DNA from: Betaproteobacteria bacterium TMED22
Lineage (GTDB): Bacteria > Pseudomonadota > Gammaproteobacteria > Burkholderiales > Eutrophovitaceae
DNA length: 64,000 nucleotides
Direction: 5' to 3'
NCBI GenBank assembly: GCA_002167745.1
Contig: NHCB01000006.1
Location: 49,402 to 113,401, forward strand
How positions within the stretch are numbered: the stretch's first letter is position 1; each line of letters opens with the position of its first letter. A program made the position numbers and the translations under genes. Shown here in pieces: positions 9,861 to 19,886 of this stretch. The notes below the pieces were generated by a model. It saw nothing but the letters and a program-made list of their open reading frames with translations. It was not told where the DNA came from and did not search any database.

Positions 9861-12434
9861 CTATCCAGTCGAACCCTCTTCATCGACCAATCCTTCGTCT
9901 TCAACCTGCTCTTCGACTTTTACTAACCCAGCTAATTTTTCGTCCGGACCCAAGTTAATGAGGCGCACCCCTTGCGTCGCACGCCCCATCTCACGTATCT
10001 CGCTGACCGAGCTACGGATTAAAACCCCACCGGTAGTGATTAGCATGGTCTCATCCTGTTCAGATACTAACTTAGCGGAGACCACCCGACCATTCCGCTC
10101 ACTCGTTTGTATGGCGACCATTCCTTTTGTGCCACGACCGTGCCGTGTGTACTCCACGACTTTAGTACGTTTTCCATAGCCGTTTTCGGTAGCGGTCAAT
10201 ACACTTTGGTCTTCGTTATCCACAACGACCAAAGAGATAAGTGCATCAGTATCTGGCAATCGCATTCCTCGAACACCTCTGGCAGTCCTTCCCATGGGGC
10301 GAACATGATTCTCGGAAAATCGAACAGCCTTACCACCGTCCGAGAACAGCATAATGTCATTTGTTCCATTTGTAATCGACACGCCGATCAGGTGATCGTT
10401 ATCCTCTAAATCTACCGCAATGATACCCATCTGCCGTGGACGAGAGAAATGCGATAAAGGAGTTTTTTTCACGACACCTCTGCTGGTCGACATAAAGACA
10501 AAATGGTCATCGTCAAATTCTTTAACTGGCAAGATCGCAGTGATTTTTTCACCCTCGGTCAACTGAAGAAGATTCACTATTGGTTTGCCTCGACTTGTGC
10601 GACTAGCCTGAGGTACCTCATAAACCTTCAGCCAATACATGCGTCCTAGATCCGAAAAACACAAAATATAGTCGTGTGTATGCGCAACAAATAAATTATC
10701 GACAAAATCATCCTCTTTCGTCTTTGTCGCCTGCCTACCTCGCCCCCCGCGCCGCTGAGCCTGATAATCACTTAATGGTTGCGACTTGACATATCCCGTA
10801 TGCGACAAAGTAACAACGACGTCCTCAGGCGTTATCAGATCTTCCAAGGAAATATCTTGAGCGTTAGCCTCAATAATACTCCTTCGATCATCTCCAAAAT
10901 CAAGTCTCGATTGCCCCAGTTCCTCTTTAATTATTTCCTTAACCCGAATGGCATTCCTAAGAATATCTTCCAAGTCAACAATCGTATCAATCACGTCTCG
11001 ATATTCCTGCTCGATTTTCTGTTGCTCTAAACCTGTAAGCCGTTGAAGTTGCATCTCTAAAATTCGCTGAGCTTGAGTTTCAGACAAATGATAACCATCG
11101 TCTTTCAAGCCATAGGCGCCCAGCAGATCCGCATCTTCTCCCAGTCCGCGTGCTAGAAGTTCTTCCACAAGTTTTGAACGCCACACACAACCTATAAGAG
11201 CCGCCTTTGCCTCCGGAGGAGTAGGCATTGACTTAATTAATGCCACAATCTCGTCAACATTAGATAGCGCCACAGCCAAACCTTCCAAAATATGGGCTCT
11301 TTGTCTGGCCTTACGTAATTCAAAGGCTGTACGCCTTGTTACTACCTCTTTACGGTGGCGAACAAATTCCTCAATAAAATTCCTAAGATTAAGTAGTTTG
11401 GGCTGGCCATCCACCAAAGCCACCATATTCATCCCAAACGAATCCTGCAGTTGGGTATCTTTAAATAAATTGTTGAGGACTACCTCGGCTATCTCGCCAC
11501 GCTTTAGCTCCAATACAACACGCATACCCGACTTATCGGATTCATCTCTTATCCCGGAAGGCGAAATACCTTCAAGCCTCTTATCGCGAACCAATTCTCC
11601 GATTCGGATAAGCAAAGAGGACTTATTCACTTGGTAAGGCAACTCGTCGATAACGATGGCTTGGCGACCCCCTCCTCCATCAACATCTTCAATATGAGTT
11701 TTGGCGCGCATTAATACTCGACCACGACCGGTTCGGTAAGCTTCTTTAATTCCTGCAGTGCCGTAGATTATTCCTTTGGTTGGAAAATCTGGAGCAGGAA
11801 CAATGTCCATAAGTTCCTCCAAGCTAATATCTGCATTATCGATTAGTGCGAGACATGCATCAATGACCTCGCACAAGTTGTGAGGGGGAATATTTGTTGC
11901 CATTCCCACCGCAATACCAGACGAACCATTAACGAGTAGATTAGGAATCTTAGACGGCATAACGAGCGGCTCGAGCTCTTTACCGTCATAGTTCGGTCCA
12001 TAATCCACTGTTTCCTTGTCTAAATCAGCAAGAATTTCTCCGGCTAGCTTCTGAAGCCGACACTCTGTATATCGCATGGCTGCCGCATTATCACCATCGA
12101 CAGAACCGAAATTTCCTTGCCCGTCAATCAACGTGTATCGGAGGCTAAAGTCCTGAGCCATACGCACCAAAGTATCGTATATCGCACTATCGCCATGAGG
12201 ATGATACTTACCCATAACCTCACCGACAACTCTGGCGCACTTAACATAAGGTCGATTCCACTGATTGTTAGCTTCGTGCATGGCATATAGGATTCTGCGG
12301 TGAACTGGTTTAAGCCCGTCTCGAACATCTGGCAGCGCGCGTCCGACGATCACACTCATTGCATAGTCCAGATAGGAACTGCGCATTTCCTCTTCTAAGC
12401 TAATCGGCAACGTCTCTTTTGCAAATTGATCCAT
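9861..12434 (-). CDS. gyrA: DNA gyrase subunit A
   Basis: 857 aa. It has [12 protein letters not shown], the QRDR region ([11 protein letters not shown]), the active-site AAMRYTE and C-terminal beta-pinwheel repeats. Confidence 0.98.
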   Translation of the reverse strand: MDQFAKETLPISLEEEMRSSYLDYAMSVIVGRALPDVRDGLKPVHRRILYAMHEANNQWNRPYVKCARVVGEVMGKYHPHGDSAIYDTLVRMAQDFSLRYTLIDGQGNFGSVDGDNAAAMRYTECRLQKLAGEILADLDKETVDYGPNYDGKELEPLVMPSKIPNLLVNGSSGIAVGMATNIPPHNLCEVIDACLALIDNADISLEELMDIVPAPDFPTKGIIYGTAGIKEAYRTGRGRVLMRAKTHIEDVDGGGGRQAIVIDELPYQVNKSSLLIRIGELVRDKRLEGISPSGIRDESDKSGMRVVLELKRGEIAEVVLNNLFKDTQLQDSFGMNMVALVDGQPKLLNLRNFIEEFVRHRKEVVTRRTAFELRKARQRAHILEGLAVALSNVDEIVALIKSMPTPPEAKAALIGCVWRSKLVEELLARGLGEDADLLGAYGLKDDGYHLSETQAQRILEMQLQRLTGLEQQKIEQEYRDVIDTIVDLEDILRNAIRVKEIIKEELGQSRLDFGDDRRSIIEANAQDISLEDLITPEDVVVTLSHTGYVKSQPLSDYQAQRRGGRGRQATKTKEDDFVDNLFVAHTHDYILCFSDLGRMYWLKVYEVPQASRTSRGKPIVNLLQLTEGEKITAILPVKEFDDDHFVFMSTSRGVVKKTPLSHFSRPRQMGIIAVDLEDNDHLIGVSITNGTNDIMLFSDGGKAVRFSENHVRPMGRTARGVRGMRLPDTDALISLVVVDNEDQSVLTATENGYGKRTKVVEYTRHGRGTKGMVAIQTSERNGRVVSAKLVSEQDETMLITTGGVLIRSSVSEIREMGRATQGVRLINLGPDEKLAGLVKVEEQVEDEGLVDEEGSTG

Positions 12435-12708
12435 GCGACCTTTCTTAACAAATTAGGCTCAAATCTGCCGAATTGATCGAGTTGCTGAACAGCGTCAGAA
12501 TAACGCAATTCATGGCGGCTCGATCCCTCTAATATTAACCTGTAAGGATACCACACCTAAGGGTGTCTTGAGGACTAGTTTAGGTCGTACGGTATGAGAT
12601 AAAAAGCTAACTTTTATTTTTTGAAAAACTCGAATTTTGTCGTATTTATGACCCAGAATGGATAACATGTAAAAATATCTTTAACGTATCTTATGGTCCA
12701 AGAAATTA

Positions 12709-13410
12709 ATGAACACAAATGTCGACCCATCGGAAATAAAAAAATTTGAAACCTTGGCTCATCGATGGTGGGATCCAGATGGCGAGTTTCGGCCACTGCA
12801 CCAAATAAATCCACTGCGCATCAATTACATCGAGTCACTAATCAGTTTAGACGACAAAAATATTTTAGATGTCGGATGCGGCGGAGGAATCTTAGCGGAA
12901 GGGTTGGCGACAAAGGGCGCGCATGTGACTGGTATTGACATGGCGGACAAAGGCTTGGGTGTTGCAAAACTTCATTTGCACGAAAGTAAGCTAAACATCA
13001 CATACGAAAAATCATCAGCCGAGGATTATGCCGGAGAACACCAGGGTATGTTTGACGTTGTTACTTGTATGGAAATGCTCGAGCACGTGCCCGATCCAGG
13101 TAGCGTAGTTCGAGCCTGTTCTGAATTGGTCAAACCAGGAGGATGGGTCGTTTTCTCCACAATTTCTAAAACGCCAAAAGCTTTTTTATTCGCCATAGTT
13201 GGGGCGGAGCATATCTTGCGATTACTACCCAAAGGAACACATGAGTACAAAAAATTTATTAAACCTTCAACCCTAGCTAAAATGGCACTAGAATCGGGAC
13301 TAGAGGTAGAAAAAACAAAAGGGATGGGGTATAACCCAATAACGCGGGTTTATTCACTTAATGATCAGCTAGACGTTAACTATATCCTCGTGGCCCGGAA
13401 ATCAAATTAG
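12709..13410 (+). CDS. ubiG: Bifunctional 3-demethylubiquinol 3-O-methyltransferase / 2-polyprenyl-6-hydroxyphenol methylase
   Basis: 233 aa with [29 protein letters not shown] and the SAM motif [12 protein letters not shown]. Confidence 0.92.
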
Positions 13411-13441
13411 TTTGACGCAGTCACCAACAGGAGATCGATTT

Positions 13442-14053
13442 ATGCACAGGCTTATCAAACAATGCTCATATTTTGTACTTTCTTTTTTGGTCATTTCACT
13501 TTCAAGCTGCGCCTACGGGCCACAATTCATCAATCTTGATCCAAATGTCGTCGGACCTAAAGATCCTAACTTTTATAAGACTGAGCAAACATCAGTCGTG
13601 CTGACCGTAATAGACTCCCGACCAGACAATATTCTTGGCGCAGCGGGCGATGACTCGGCGCGATTTGATATCACACTCAAAGGCGATGCTGCGACAGTCC
13701 TCCGAGCCAGAATAAGCTCAGCGCTTGAATCCAGAGGATTGATTTTAGCTGGAGACTCGAATTCGAGTTTACCGAAGTTAATTCTAGATTTACAAAAACT
13801 ACAACTTAGCTCCTTAAAAACGAAGCGATTCGGTTATGTCACCACATTAGATTTAGCAATCGTCGCTTCCATAGTTAATGGAAATAAAAAATACTCCAAA
13901 CGTTATAACGTCGGCACAGAAAAAAAGATGGGCGGAATATCATCATCGCAAAACAGCGAAAATATGGTTAACGACGCGGTGACGCAAGCGCTTTCTGCAA
14001 TCATAAACGATGAGGCCTTATTTCGCGCATTCGACCATCAATACCAAAAATAA
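13442..14053 (+). CDS. YajG-like outer-membrane lipoprotein
   Basis: Signal peptide with a lipobox (LSSC). The overall layout resembles YajG as I remember it (…[20 protein letters not shown]…[15 protein letters not shown]). ATG 13442 has AGGAG 8 nt upstream; the track ORF starts at a TTG at 13412. Confidence 0.6.
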
Positions 14054-14124
14054 CTTAGATAACATAGAAATTCAAAGGTAGTACGCTAGTCAGCTCTCAC
14101 GGGATCGTTTAAACTACCCCAGTT

Positions 14125-14487
14125 GGGGGCGACCCGGTTTCGACGTGGGTTGCGAAACAGCTCGGTGCATGCCAAGGTCCAGTCACCTTGTAAATCAGCT
14201 GGAAAACGTATAGTCGCAAACGACGAACGTTACGCTCTAGCCGCCTAATACCGGCTAGACTCCGCACCAGCTTTCTCTCGGGTTGGGTTGGGAAACTAAC
14301 AGCGGAGTCATAAACGAGGGATCGTGGCATCTGGGGTTACTTCAGATTCCATTAAATTTAAGGTAACTCGTTGTCTTCAGGGTTGTCGATCAACCTGAAG
14401 ACGATTAAATCCAATGATCTGACTAAGCATGTAGTGCCGACTGCAGAGGGCTTGCGGACGGGAGTTCGATTCTCCCCGCCTCCACCA
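14125..14487 (+). ncRNA. ssrA: Transfer-messenger RNA (tmRNA, SsrA)
   Basis: The 5' GGGGGCG pairs with the 3' CGCCUCC-A-CCA, including the G3:U alanine identity pair. A T-arm GGAGTTCGATTCTCC is present. An internal tag ORF at 14216-14248 (GCA AAC GAC GAA CGT TAC GCT CTA GCC GCC TAA) encodes ANDERYALAA. A terminator follows. Confidence 0.93.
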
Positions 14488-14498
14488 AATACGAAATT

Positions 14499-14525
14499 CC
14501 AACTGTTATCAGTTGGGGTTTTTTA
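14499..14525 (+). terminator. Rho-independent terminator of ssrA
   Basis: CCAACTG-TTAT-CAGTTGG followed by GGTTTTTT. Confidence 0.75.
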
Positions 14526-14533
14526 TTGCGTGC

Positions 14534-14695
14534 AACCCGCGTCTACTTCAGCGTATAGCGGCCGAAACGAATGTGGCCATAGGTGGTCGTCTGTATTCGG
14601 ATGCGTTAAGTGAAGCCGATGGTCCAGCAGGCACCTATTTAAATATGATGCAACACAACATTGGTTCGTTAATCACTGCGCTTAATTCACCTTAA
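14534..14695 (+). pseudogene. C-terminal remnant (~53 codons) of a ZnuA/TroA-family metal ABC transporter substrate-binding protein
   Basis: The translation NPRLLQRIAAETNVAIGGRLYSDALSEADGPAGTYLNMMQHNIGSLITALNSP* matches the conserved C-terminal end of cluster-9 metal-binding proteins (…GG.LYSDALS…GPA.TY..M..HN…). The other ~250 codons are absent, and the frame runs straight into the ssrA terminator. Confidence 0.6.
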
Positions 14696-14906
14696 TGGCG
14701 CCCAGACGGGCGAGCTCTGGCTGCCACGAGTTCCCAAGGAAGTATTACGTCCTGGCGCATTGGAAATTACAAGTAAGCTTTTGAAGGATGTAAAAAATAC
14801 ATAATGTATCGTCGAAATAAATTTTCTAAATTTTACATCCTTTGATTATCGCTATACAGTATCTAAAACATGCAGTCGGAGTTAATAGTTAACGGAGCAA
14901 CACACC

Positions 14907-15374
14907 ATGACCAATATAGATTCGGTCCTCAGCCACGCAGAGGAATACTGCCAAAACAACAGGATTCGCTTGACTCCAAAGCGCAAGCAAGTGCTATATG
15001 CGCTCGTTAAAGCAGAGAAGGCCCTCTCAGCCTACGAATTGATTGAGGAACTTAAACGCAAATTCAATAACGTTTTACAACCAATGTCTATTTATCGCAT
15101 CTTAGACTTCCTAACAGCAAATCAACTGATCCATAGATTGAGTACGGCAAATAAGTTTATTGCTTGCTCGCACATCACTTGTAATCATGCCCATGAAGCT
15201 CCGCAGTTTTTAATCTGCGGGAGTTGTCACAAGGTAACTGAAATCAATATTGATAAATCATTAATGTCTACCCTCAGGGAAAATATACAGAAAGAAGGAT
15301 TCAAGTTGGTCAGCCCACAGTTAGAGATGAGTTGCATGTGTGATGACTGCGCATCAGGTATTAACTTAATATAG
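14907..15374 (+). CDS. zur: Fur-family transcriptional regulator, probably zinc uptake regulator
   Basis: 155 aa with a winged-helix N-terminus (LTPKRKQVLYAL…SAYEL…MSIYRILDFL) and CxxC pairs (CGSCHKV, CMCDDC). The Zur assignment rests on the adjacent znuA-like remnant. Confidence 0.75.
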   Translation: MTNIDSVLSHAEEYCQNNRIRLTPKRKQVLYALVKAEKALSAYELIEELKRKFNNVLQPMSIYRILDFLTANQLIHRLSTANKFIACSHITCNHAHEAPQFLICGSCHKVTEINIDKSLMSTLRENIQKEGFKLVSPQLEMSCMCDDCASGINLI

Positions 15375-15595
15375 CGGACCAAAAATCTAGCGTGAAGAGA
15401 CCTAACGCTCAGTAGAAGTGCCTCTCGCGCAAAAGCGTTGCTCGCCAAGCGATGCGTTCACCCTCCAAATTGTAGCTCTGCCATTCAGAGGCCCATCAAA
15501 TTAAATAATTCTTAGAATTTCAGTTGGCTATTTTAAAATTAGTAAACACTAAAAAATACTAGGCGAATACAATTTGTGCCGTCGCACTTTCGTGC

Positions 15596-16132
15596 TCAAG
15601 GCAGCATCCGTCGGACCACTCCATCCCGAAGAACAAACCAATGATACATTGCTGCAAGAATATGTAAGACGATCAACCCCATCAACAAATACGACAGATC
15701 ATGGTGGATTGACTGCAAAAAATCACGTATCTCAGAATCATTTGAGCCCATTGGCGGAATTTTAAATAAGCCAAAATACGTCACCCCATACTTCGTAAAT
15801 TGGGAAGCAGCAAAACCCACGATGGGCATACCAATAAGACAGACATACAATAAACCGTGGGATAACTTCGACATAAAAACCTGCCATCTTGGCATCGAGG
15901 AAGGAAGTGCTGGTGGCGGGTTCTTATGTCTCCACCATAATCGAATAAACATCAACAATCCTGTGGTCACTCCGATTGATTTATGCAAATTAAAAAAGAA
16001 CGCTCGGTCTGGATCACCCTTAGGAATGTCGCCCATATACATTCCCAAACAGATCAAAATCAAAACGAGTATTGCTACCATCCAATGAAGCAGCATCGAG
16101 AATTTGTTATATCGCTCTTGCCCAAAAATCAT
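15596..16132 (-). CDS. Cytochrome b561 family protein (CybB-like)
   Basis: Four predicted TM helices with conserved His positions (LLHWMVAIL, HKSIG, LSHGLLY, HILAAMYHW). The start is taken at ATG 16130-16132 (MIFGQERYNKFS) behind AGGA; the track ORF extends to 16171. Confidence 0.8.
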   Translation of the reverse strand: MIFGQERYNKFSMLLHWMVAILVLILICLGMYMGDIPKGDPDRAFFFNLHKSIGVTTGLLMFIRLWWRHKNPPPALPSSMPRWQVFMSKLSHGLLYVCLIGMPIVGFAASQFTKYGVTYFGLFKIPPMGSNDSEIRDFLQSIHHDLSYLLMGLIVLHILAAMYHWFVLRDGVVRRMLP

Positions 16133-16230
16133 TTTTTCCTCTCTATACTCGATTGTTCTAAACAATATCAATTATCGGGGTCGGCTGACACTATACCCCG
16201 ATCATATTAAAGTAATAAATATTCAGAACG

Positions 16231-16256
16231 AAAAAAAACCGCCCAAAGGCGGCTTC
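16231..16256 (-). terminator. Rho-independent terminator after the orphan pqqA
   Basis: The minus strand reads GAAGCCGCC-TTTG-GGCGG followed by a T8 run, about 25 nt downstream of the pqqA-2 stop. Confidence 0.6.
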
Positions 16257-16279
16257 TTCTAGATACTCCGAAAATCGAA

Positions 16280-16351
16280 TTAACGATTAGCGATGTACAT
16301 TGTTACTTCAAAACCAAAACGCATTTCTGTGTACTCAGGCTTGCTCCACAT
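16280..16351 (-). CDS. pqqA: Pyrroloquinoline quinone precursor peptide PqqA, second (orphan) copy
   Basis: Not in the ORF track (23 aa). Minus-strand GGAGATAAAT-ATG then [23 protein letters not shown], with the conserved E-x3-Y (EVTMY). It differs from the operon copy at 21214 by one residue. Confidence 0.85.
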   Translation of the reverse strand: MWSKPEYTEMRFGFEVTMYIANR

Positions 16352-16507
16352 ATTTATCTCCTTGTAATAAGTTAATCAAACCAAATCTAACGTTCTTGAT
16401 TATCCACTTCCCCGCACCTAATGCAACTCTGACTTTTCTTAATTGTACCTAGTGAAAATCATTAGAGAAAATCTCACATATAATAAAAAGCACATAGAAA
16501 CAATTAG

Positions 16508-17167
16508 TTATAAATCTATTAAGCCAGACCTCATTGCTATAATAGCCAACTCTGCGCTATTCGATGCACCGAGTTTTTGCTTGATATTGTACAAATGCGT
16601 ACCAACAGTACGTGGGCTTAAAGACATCACGTCTGCGATATCCTGAACAGATTGTCCTCTGGCAAGAGAGATAAATACTTTAAACTCTTTCTCACTTAAA
16701 CTATCGACCGGATCCTTATTGCCGGACACTTGTTCAACAGCAAGTTCCTGAGCAATTTGCGGTTCTAGATAAGTTTTGCCCCGATAAACCGTTTTCACCG
16801 CATCAATCAAAGCATCGGCTGCGCTGCGCTTAGTCAAATAACCAATCGCTCCTGCCTTTAGCACTCTTCGCGCATGCATGACATCCTCATGTCCCGACAA
16901 TACGAGAATTTTTTGATGTACTGCTTTAGCCAATATTCGGTCAATAGCTTCTAAGCCACCTATACCAGGCATCGAAATGTCCATTACCAGCACATCTGGT
17001 TTGTGCGTCTGAAACGTACGAACGGCTTCCTCACCACTATCCGCCTCCGCCACGACCGATATTTCCTGAGCACCCTCTAGTAAGAGTTTAAAGCCCATTC
17101 TAACGACCGCATGGTCGTCAACAAGCATGACTTTAATCACGTCAGTTCCCATAAATTCCTCAAACAT
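16508..17167 (-). CDS. Two-component response regulator, NarL/FixJ (LuxR-type HTH) family
   Basis: Receiver domain (VMLVDDH…DVLVMDISMPG…K) plus a C-terminal LuxR HTH (LSEKEFKVFISLARGQSVQDIADVMSLSPRTVGTHLYNIKQKLG). It starts 3 nt after the kinase gene. Confidence 0.9.
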   Translation of the reverse strand: MFEEFMGTDVIKVMLVDDHAVVRMGFKLLLEGAQEISVVAEADSGEEAVRTFQTHKPDVLVMDISMPGIGGLEAIDRILAKAVHQKILVLSGHEDVMHARRVLKAGAIGYLTKRSAADALIDAVKTVYRGKTYLEPQIAQELAVEQVSGNKDPVDSLSEKEFKVFISLARGQSVQDIADVMSLSPRTVGTHLYNIKQKLGASNSAELAIIAMRSGLIDL

Positions 17168-17170
17168 TGA

Positions 17171-18913
17171 TTACACATCAGATATCTCATCCCCGATCTC
17201 AATCTTCATATTTGCTGTAATCAGCGTTCCTGATCCTCGGTCAGATTCAATCTTGATATCCCCGTTAAACGCTTGAACTCTCTCCCGCATTCCTAGAAGA
17301 CCAAATCTTCTAGACTCCGACACATTCACGTCCAGACCTTGACCATCATCTTGGACTCTAATCAAAATATGAGCAACATTCGATTCAATTAATCCTGTAG
17401 AGACGGCAACTGAAACGTGATTTGCCAACGCATGTTTCGCTGCATTTGTTAAGCACTCTTGAATCACGCGATAAACCGTGATGTTGACATATTCATCGTA
17501 ACGATTAAGGTCGCCACCAAAATCCAACTGCAGTTCCAAATCCGGGTTCGCTTTACGATGCTGGTCGCACAGTTCGGTAATCGCATCCTCGAGTCCTAAG
17601 TGATCTAGTGCGCTCGGTCTCAGCTCCCTGATAATCGAATGAACCATATCGTAGATTCGAGAGGTCACATCAACAATTGTTATTGCATTTTGACGCGTTA
17701 TCGACTGTTCTTCAGACTCTCGGTTCGCAATTGCTGTGCCTATAGTTTTTATTGCTGTTAAATTTTGGCCCATTTCATCATGCAGCTCGCGCGCGATCGA
17801 TTTGCGCTCCTCCTCCAATTTCTCCTGAATCAATTGGGTTAATCGTTTATTTTGCTGGAGCTGCATCTCCGCCGAAATACGGCTTTTGTAATCCGTCATG
17901 TCTCTAAGCACACTGATTTGCCCTACAAGCTCATCAGTGTCTGGGTCTACAAGAGGCGCCAAGGAAACCTCCACATCAACCACCGTACCGTTTTTCTTGA
18001 GCCTTTGGCATTCATAATGCTCAATTAATCGAGATGTCGAGACACGATCTCGCATCGAATCGTGCACCTCCAGACCTTCAGCGGGCACTATGCTTTTAAC
18101 TGAACGACCAAGAATTTCCTCTGAATCAAAGCCGAAAAGTCTCTCAGCGGAAGGGTTCCAAAACGATACATTTCCATCTAGATCACAAATCAAAATCGCG
18201 TCGCTTGACTGCTGCGCAACAAGAGCAAGTCTTGCGTTTTGAGCCAAGGCATCATGAAGGTTTGTTGTCATGCGATTGAATGTGTGACCAATAGCATCAA
18301 ACTCTGGCAATCTATAGTCAGGCAAACGTATCGACAAGTCACCCTTCTCCAGAAGTGACATCGCCGATAAGATGCCCTTAAGTGGACGCATCGCACGTCC
18401 TAATAAACTGAATATTGCCAAGTTCAAACTCACAAAAAATACAAGCAATATCACACCGAATCCTCTCAGCTCATCCCAGGCGTCAAGAACCGATCTAGAT
18501 GAATCGGGCGTAATCACAATGTAACCGAAGGGCATATTCAACTGGAATTCCCTGTCGCCCGGAGACATTAACCTAGAAAACCATTCTGGTGCCCAGCGTC
18601 CTTGTTTATAAACAGAGGGCGGAGACTCATAGACGAGCACATCAGATTGATCGTAAAGCCTTATCTCATTAGCACGAACGCGTCCAGCTCTCTTTAAAAA
18701 GCCTGCTAGTCCTTCAACTGGATCGACTCCTTCTATGCGTGGACGTCGACTGAGTGCAACTGACTCCAACAACTGAACGGTAACTTTCGTTCCCGCTTCG
18801 ATTTCCTCTTTAATCGATTTTCGGCGATCATCGATTAAAATAAAAGCCGTCACGAAAAGAAAAATGACCGCGATAAAAGAAATCGCTGCATTGACTCGAA
18901 ATCTAATACCCAT
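17171..18913 (-). CDS. Sensor histidine kinase (TM-HAMP-PAS-HisKA_3-HATPase)
   Basis: 580 aa with two TM segments, a HAMP-like linker and a PAS domain (AILICDLDGNVSFWNPSAERLFG). It has an H-box of NarX type (IARELHDEMGQNLTAIK) and ATPase N and G boxes (NAAKHA, DDGQG, GLLGMRERV). Confidence 0.88.
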   Translation of the reverse strand: MGIRFRVNAAISFIAVIFLFVTAFILIDDRRKSIKEEIEAGTKVTVQLLESVALSRRPRIEGVDPVEGLAGFLKRAGRVRANEIRLYDQSDVLVYESPPSVYKQGRWAPEWFSRLMSPGDREFQLNMPFGYIVITPDSSRSVLDAWDELRGFGVILLVFFVSLNLAIFSLLGRAMRPLKGILSAMSLLEKGDLSIRLPDYRLPEFDAIGHTFNRMTTNLHDALAQNARLALVAQQSSDAILICDLDGNVSFWNPSAERLFGFDSEEILGRSVKSIVPAEGLEVHDSMRDRVSTSRLIEHYECQRLKKNGTVVDVEVSLAPLVDPDTDELVGQISVLRDMTDYKSRISAEMQLQQNKRLTQLIQEKLEEERKSIARELHDEMGQNLTAIKTIGTAIANRESEEQSITRQNAITIVDVTSRIYDMVHSIIRELRPSALDHLGLEDAITELCDQHRKANPDLELQLDFGGDLNRYDEYVNITVYRVIQECLTNAAKHALANHVSVAVSTGLIESNVAHILIRVQDDGQGLDVNVSESRRFGLLGMRERVQAFNGDIKIESDRGSGTLITANMKIEIGDEISDV

Positions 18914-19859
18914 GGTTCGCCTGTAGTCGTTTTTTTAGTAGCTCCATCTCATCGGCAAGCGCTTCAGCAATTTTTGAATTCCATGCGCCGTGACCACCGG
19001 AGCCAATTACCTTCAACTTTGATTCAGGTAGGACCTCATGCAATCGGTGTGCCGTAAATGGTGGACAAATCATATCCATACCACCTTGTACAAGAATCGC
19101 GGAGTTCTTGATCGACGCTGCTTTCTCTAGTAATTCACCTTTTTTAAAAAAACAGTAATGCTTTAAATAATGCAGTTGGACTTGCGCTCTCGCTAATTCA
19201 CCGTCAGATACCTCAGTCTTATCCTGACCCGTTTTATTTATGTTTTCACTCCCCAACATCATTGACTGCATCTCATAATCAAGCCACCGACGACAAGCCT
19301 CGTTGGCGATTAAGCGATCTGTTGAATTTACTCGTTCGTAATAATGGCTCACTAAGTCACCCGAGCTATCCCACATTAGTTCCTTATGCGCTGCCGGCAT
19401 GAAGCGTTTTAGTCCATCAGTGAACCATGCTACTTCCTCACGCGAACCAAGAAAGATCCCACGCAGAACCAATGTTTCGACAGCCTCTCCATGCTCAGCA
19501 GCATAAGCCAGCGCCAGAGCACTACCCCAAGAACCCCCAAAAATTACTGCTTTTTGATTCAGACCCAGTGTCTTCCTGATTAAATTGATATCTTGGATCA
19601 GATGCCAAGTCGTATTGTTCTTGGTTGATCCTTTTGGTAGCGATTGACCACAACCCCGCTGATCAAACAGTACGATGTCAAAGAACTTGGGGTCGAAATA
19701 CCGTCGATGATTTGCATTAGTGCTGCTCCCGGGCCCACCATGCAGAAATATGACGGGGATACCGCCCTCTCGACCGGTGCGCTCTAGGTAGATACGGTGT
19801 CCGTCATTCGTATCAATCAAGTCACTAAAGTTCGGTTTAATTTCTGGATAAATAGGCAC
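18903..19859 (-). CDS. pip: Proline iminopeptidase (alpha/beta hydrolase)
   Basis: 318 aa with HGGPG, the nucleophile elbow GGSWGS and a typical N-terminus (…YLERTGREGGIPVIFLHGGPG). Confidence 0.85.
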   Translation of the reverse strand: MPIYPEIKPNFSDLIDTNDGHRIYLERTGREGGIPVIFLHGGPGSSTNANHRRYFDPKFFDIVLFDQRGCGQSLPKGSTKNNTTWHLIQDINLIRKTLGLNQKAVIFGGSWGSALALAYAAEHGEAVETLVLRGIFLGSREEVAWFTDGLKRFMPAAHKELMWDSSGDLVSHYYERVNSTDRLIANEACRRWLDYEMQSMMLGSENINKTGQDKTEVSDGELARAQVQLHYLKHYCFFKKGELLEKAASIKNSAILVQGGMDMICPPFTAHRLHEVLPESKLKVIGSGGHGAWNSKIAEALADEMELLKKRLQANHGY

Positions 19860-19886
19860 GATTTCGCTTACATGGCTTGTGAAAAG

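Noticed and set aside
12614-12814. 66-aa minus-strand ORF overlapping the ubiG start
   Set aside because: It sits in the gyrA/ubiG divergent promoter region and overlaps the well-supported ubiG N-terminus. It has no RBS or motif.
14109-14613. Track ORFs 14109-14330 (-) and 14371-14613 (+)
   Set aside because: Both lie within or across the tmRNA gene and its terminator. The RNA gene, with its acceptor stem, T-arm and tag ORF, explains the sequence fully.
14488-16507. Prophage or integrative island at the ssrA 3' end
   Set aside because: No integrase, excisionase or phage-like ORF is present, and I saw no second copy of the ssrA 3' end in this stretch. Only the truncation scar is reported, as a finding.
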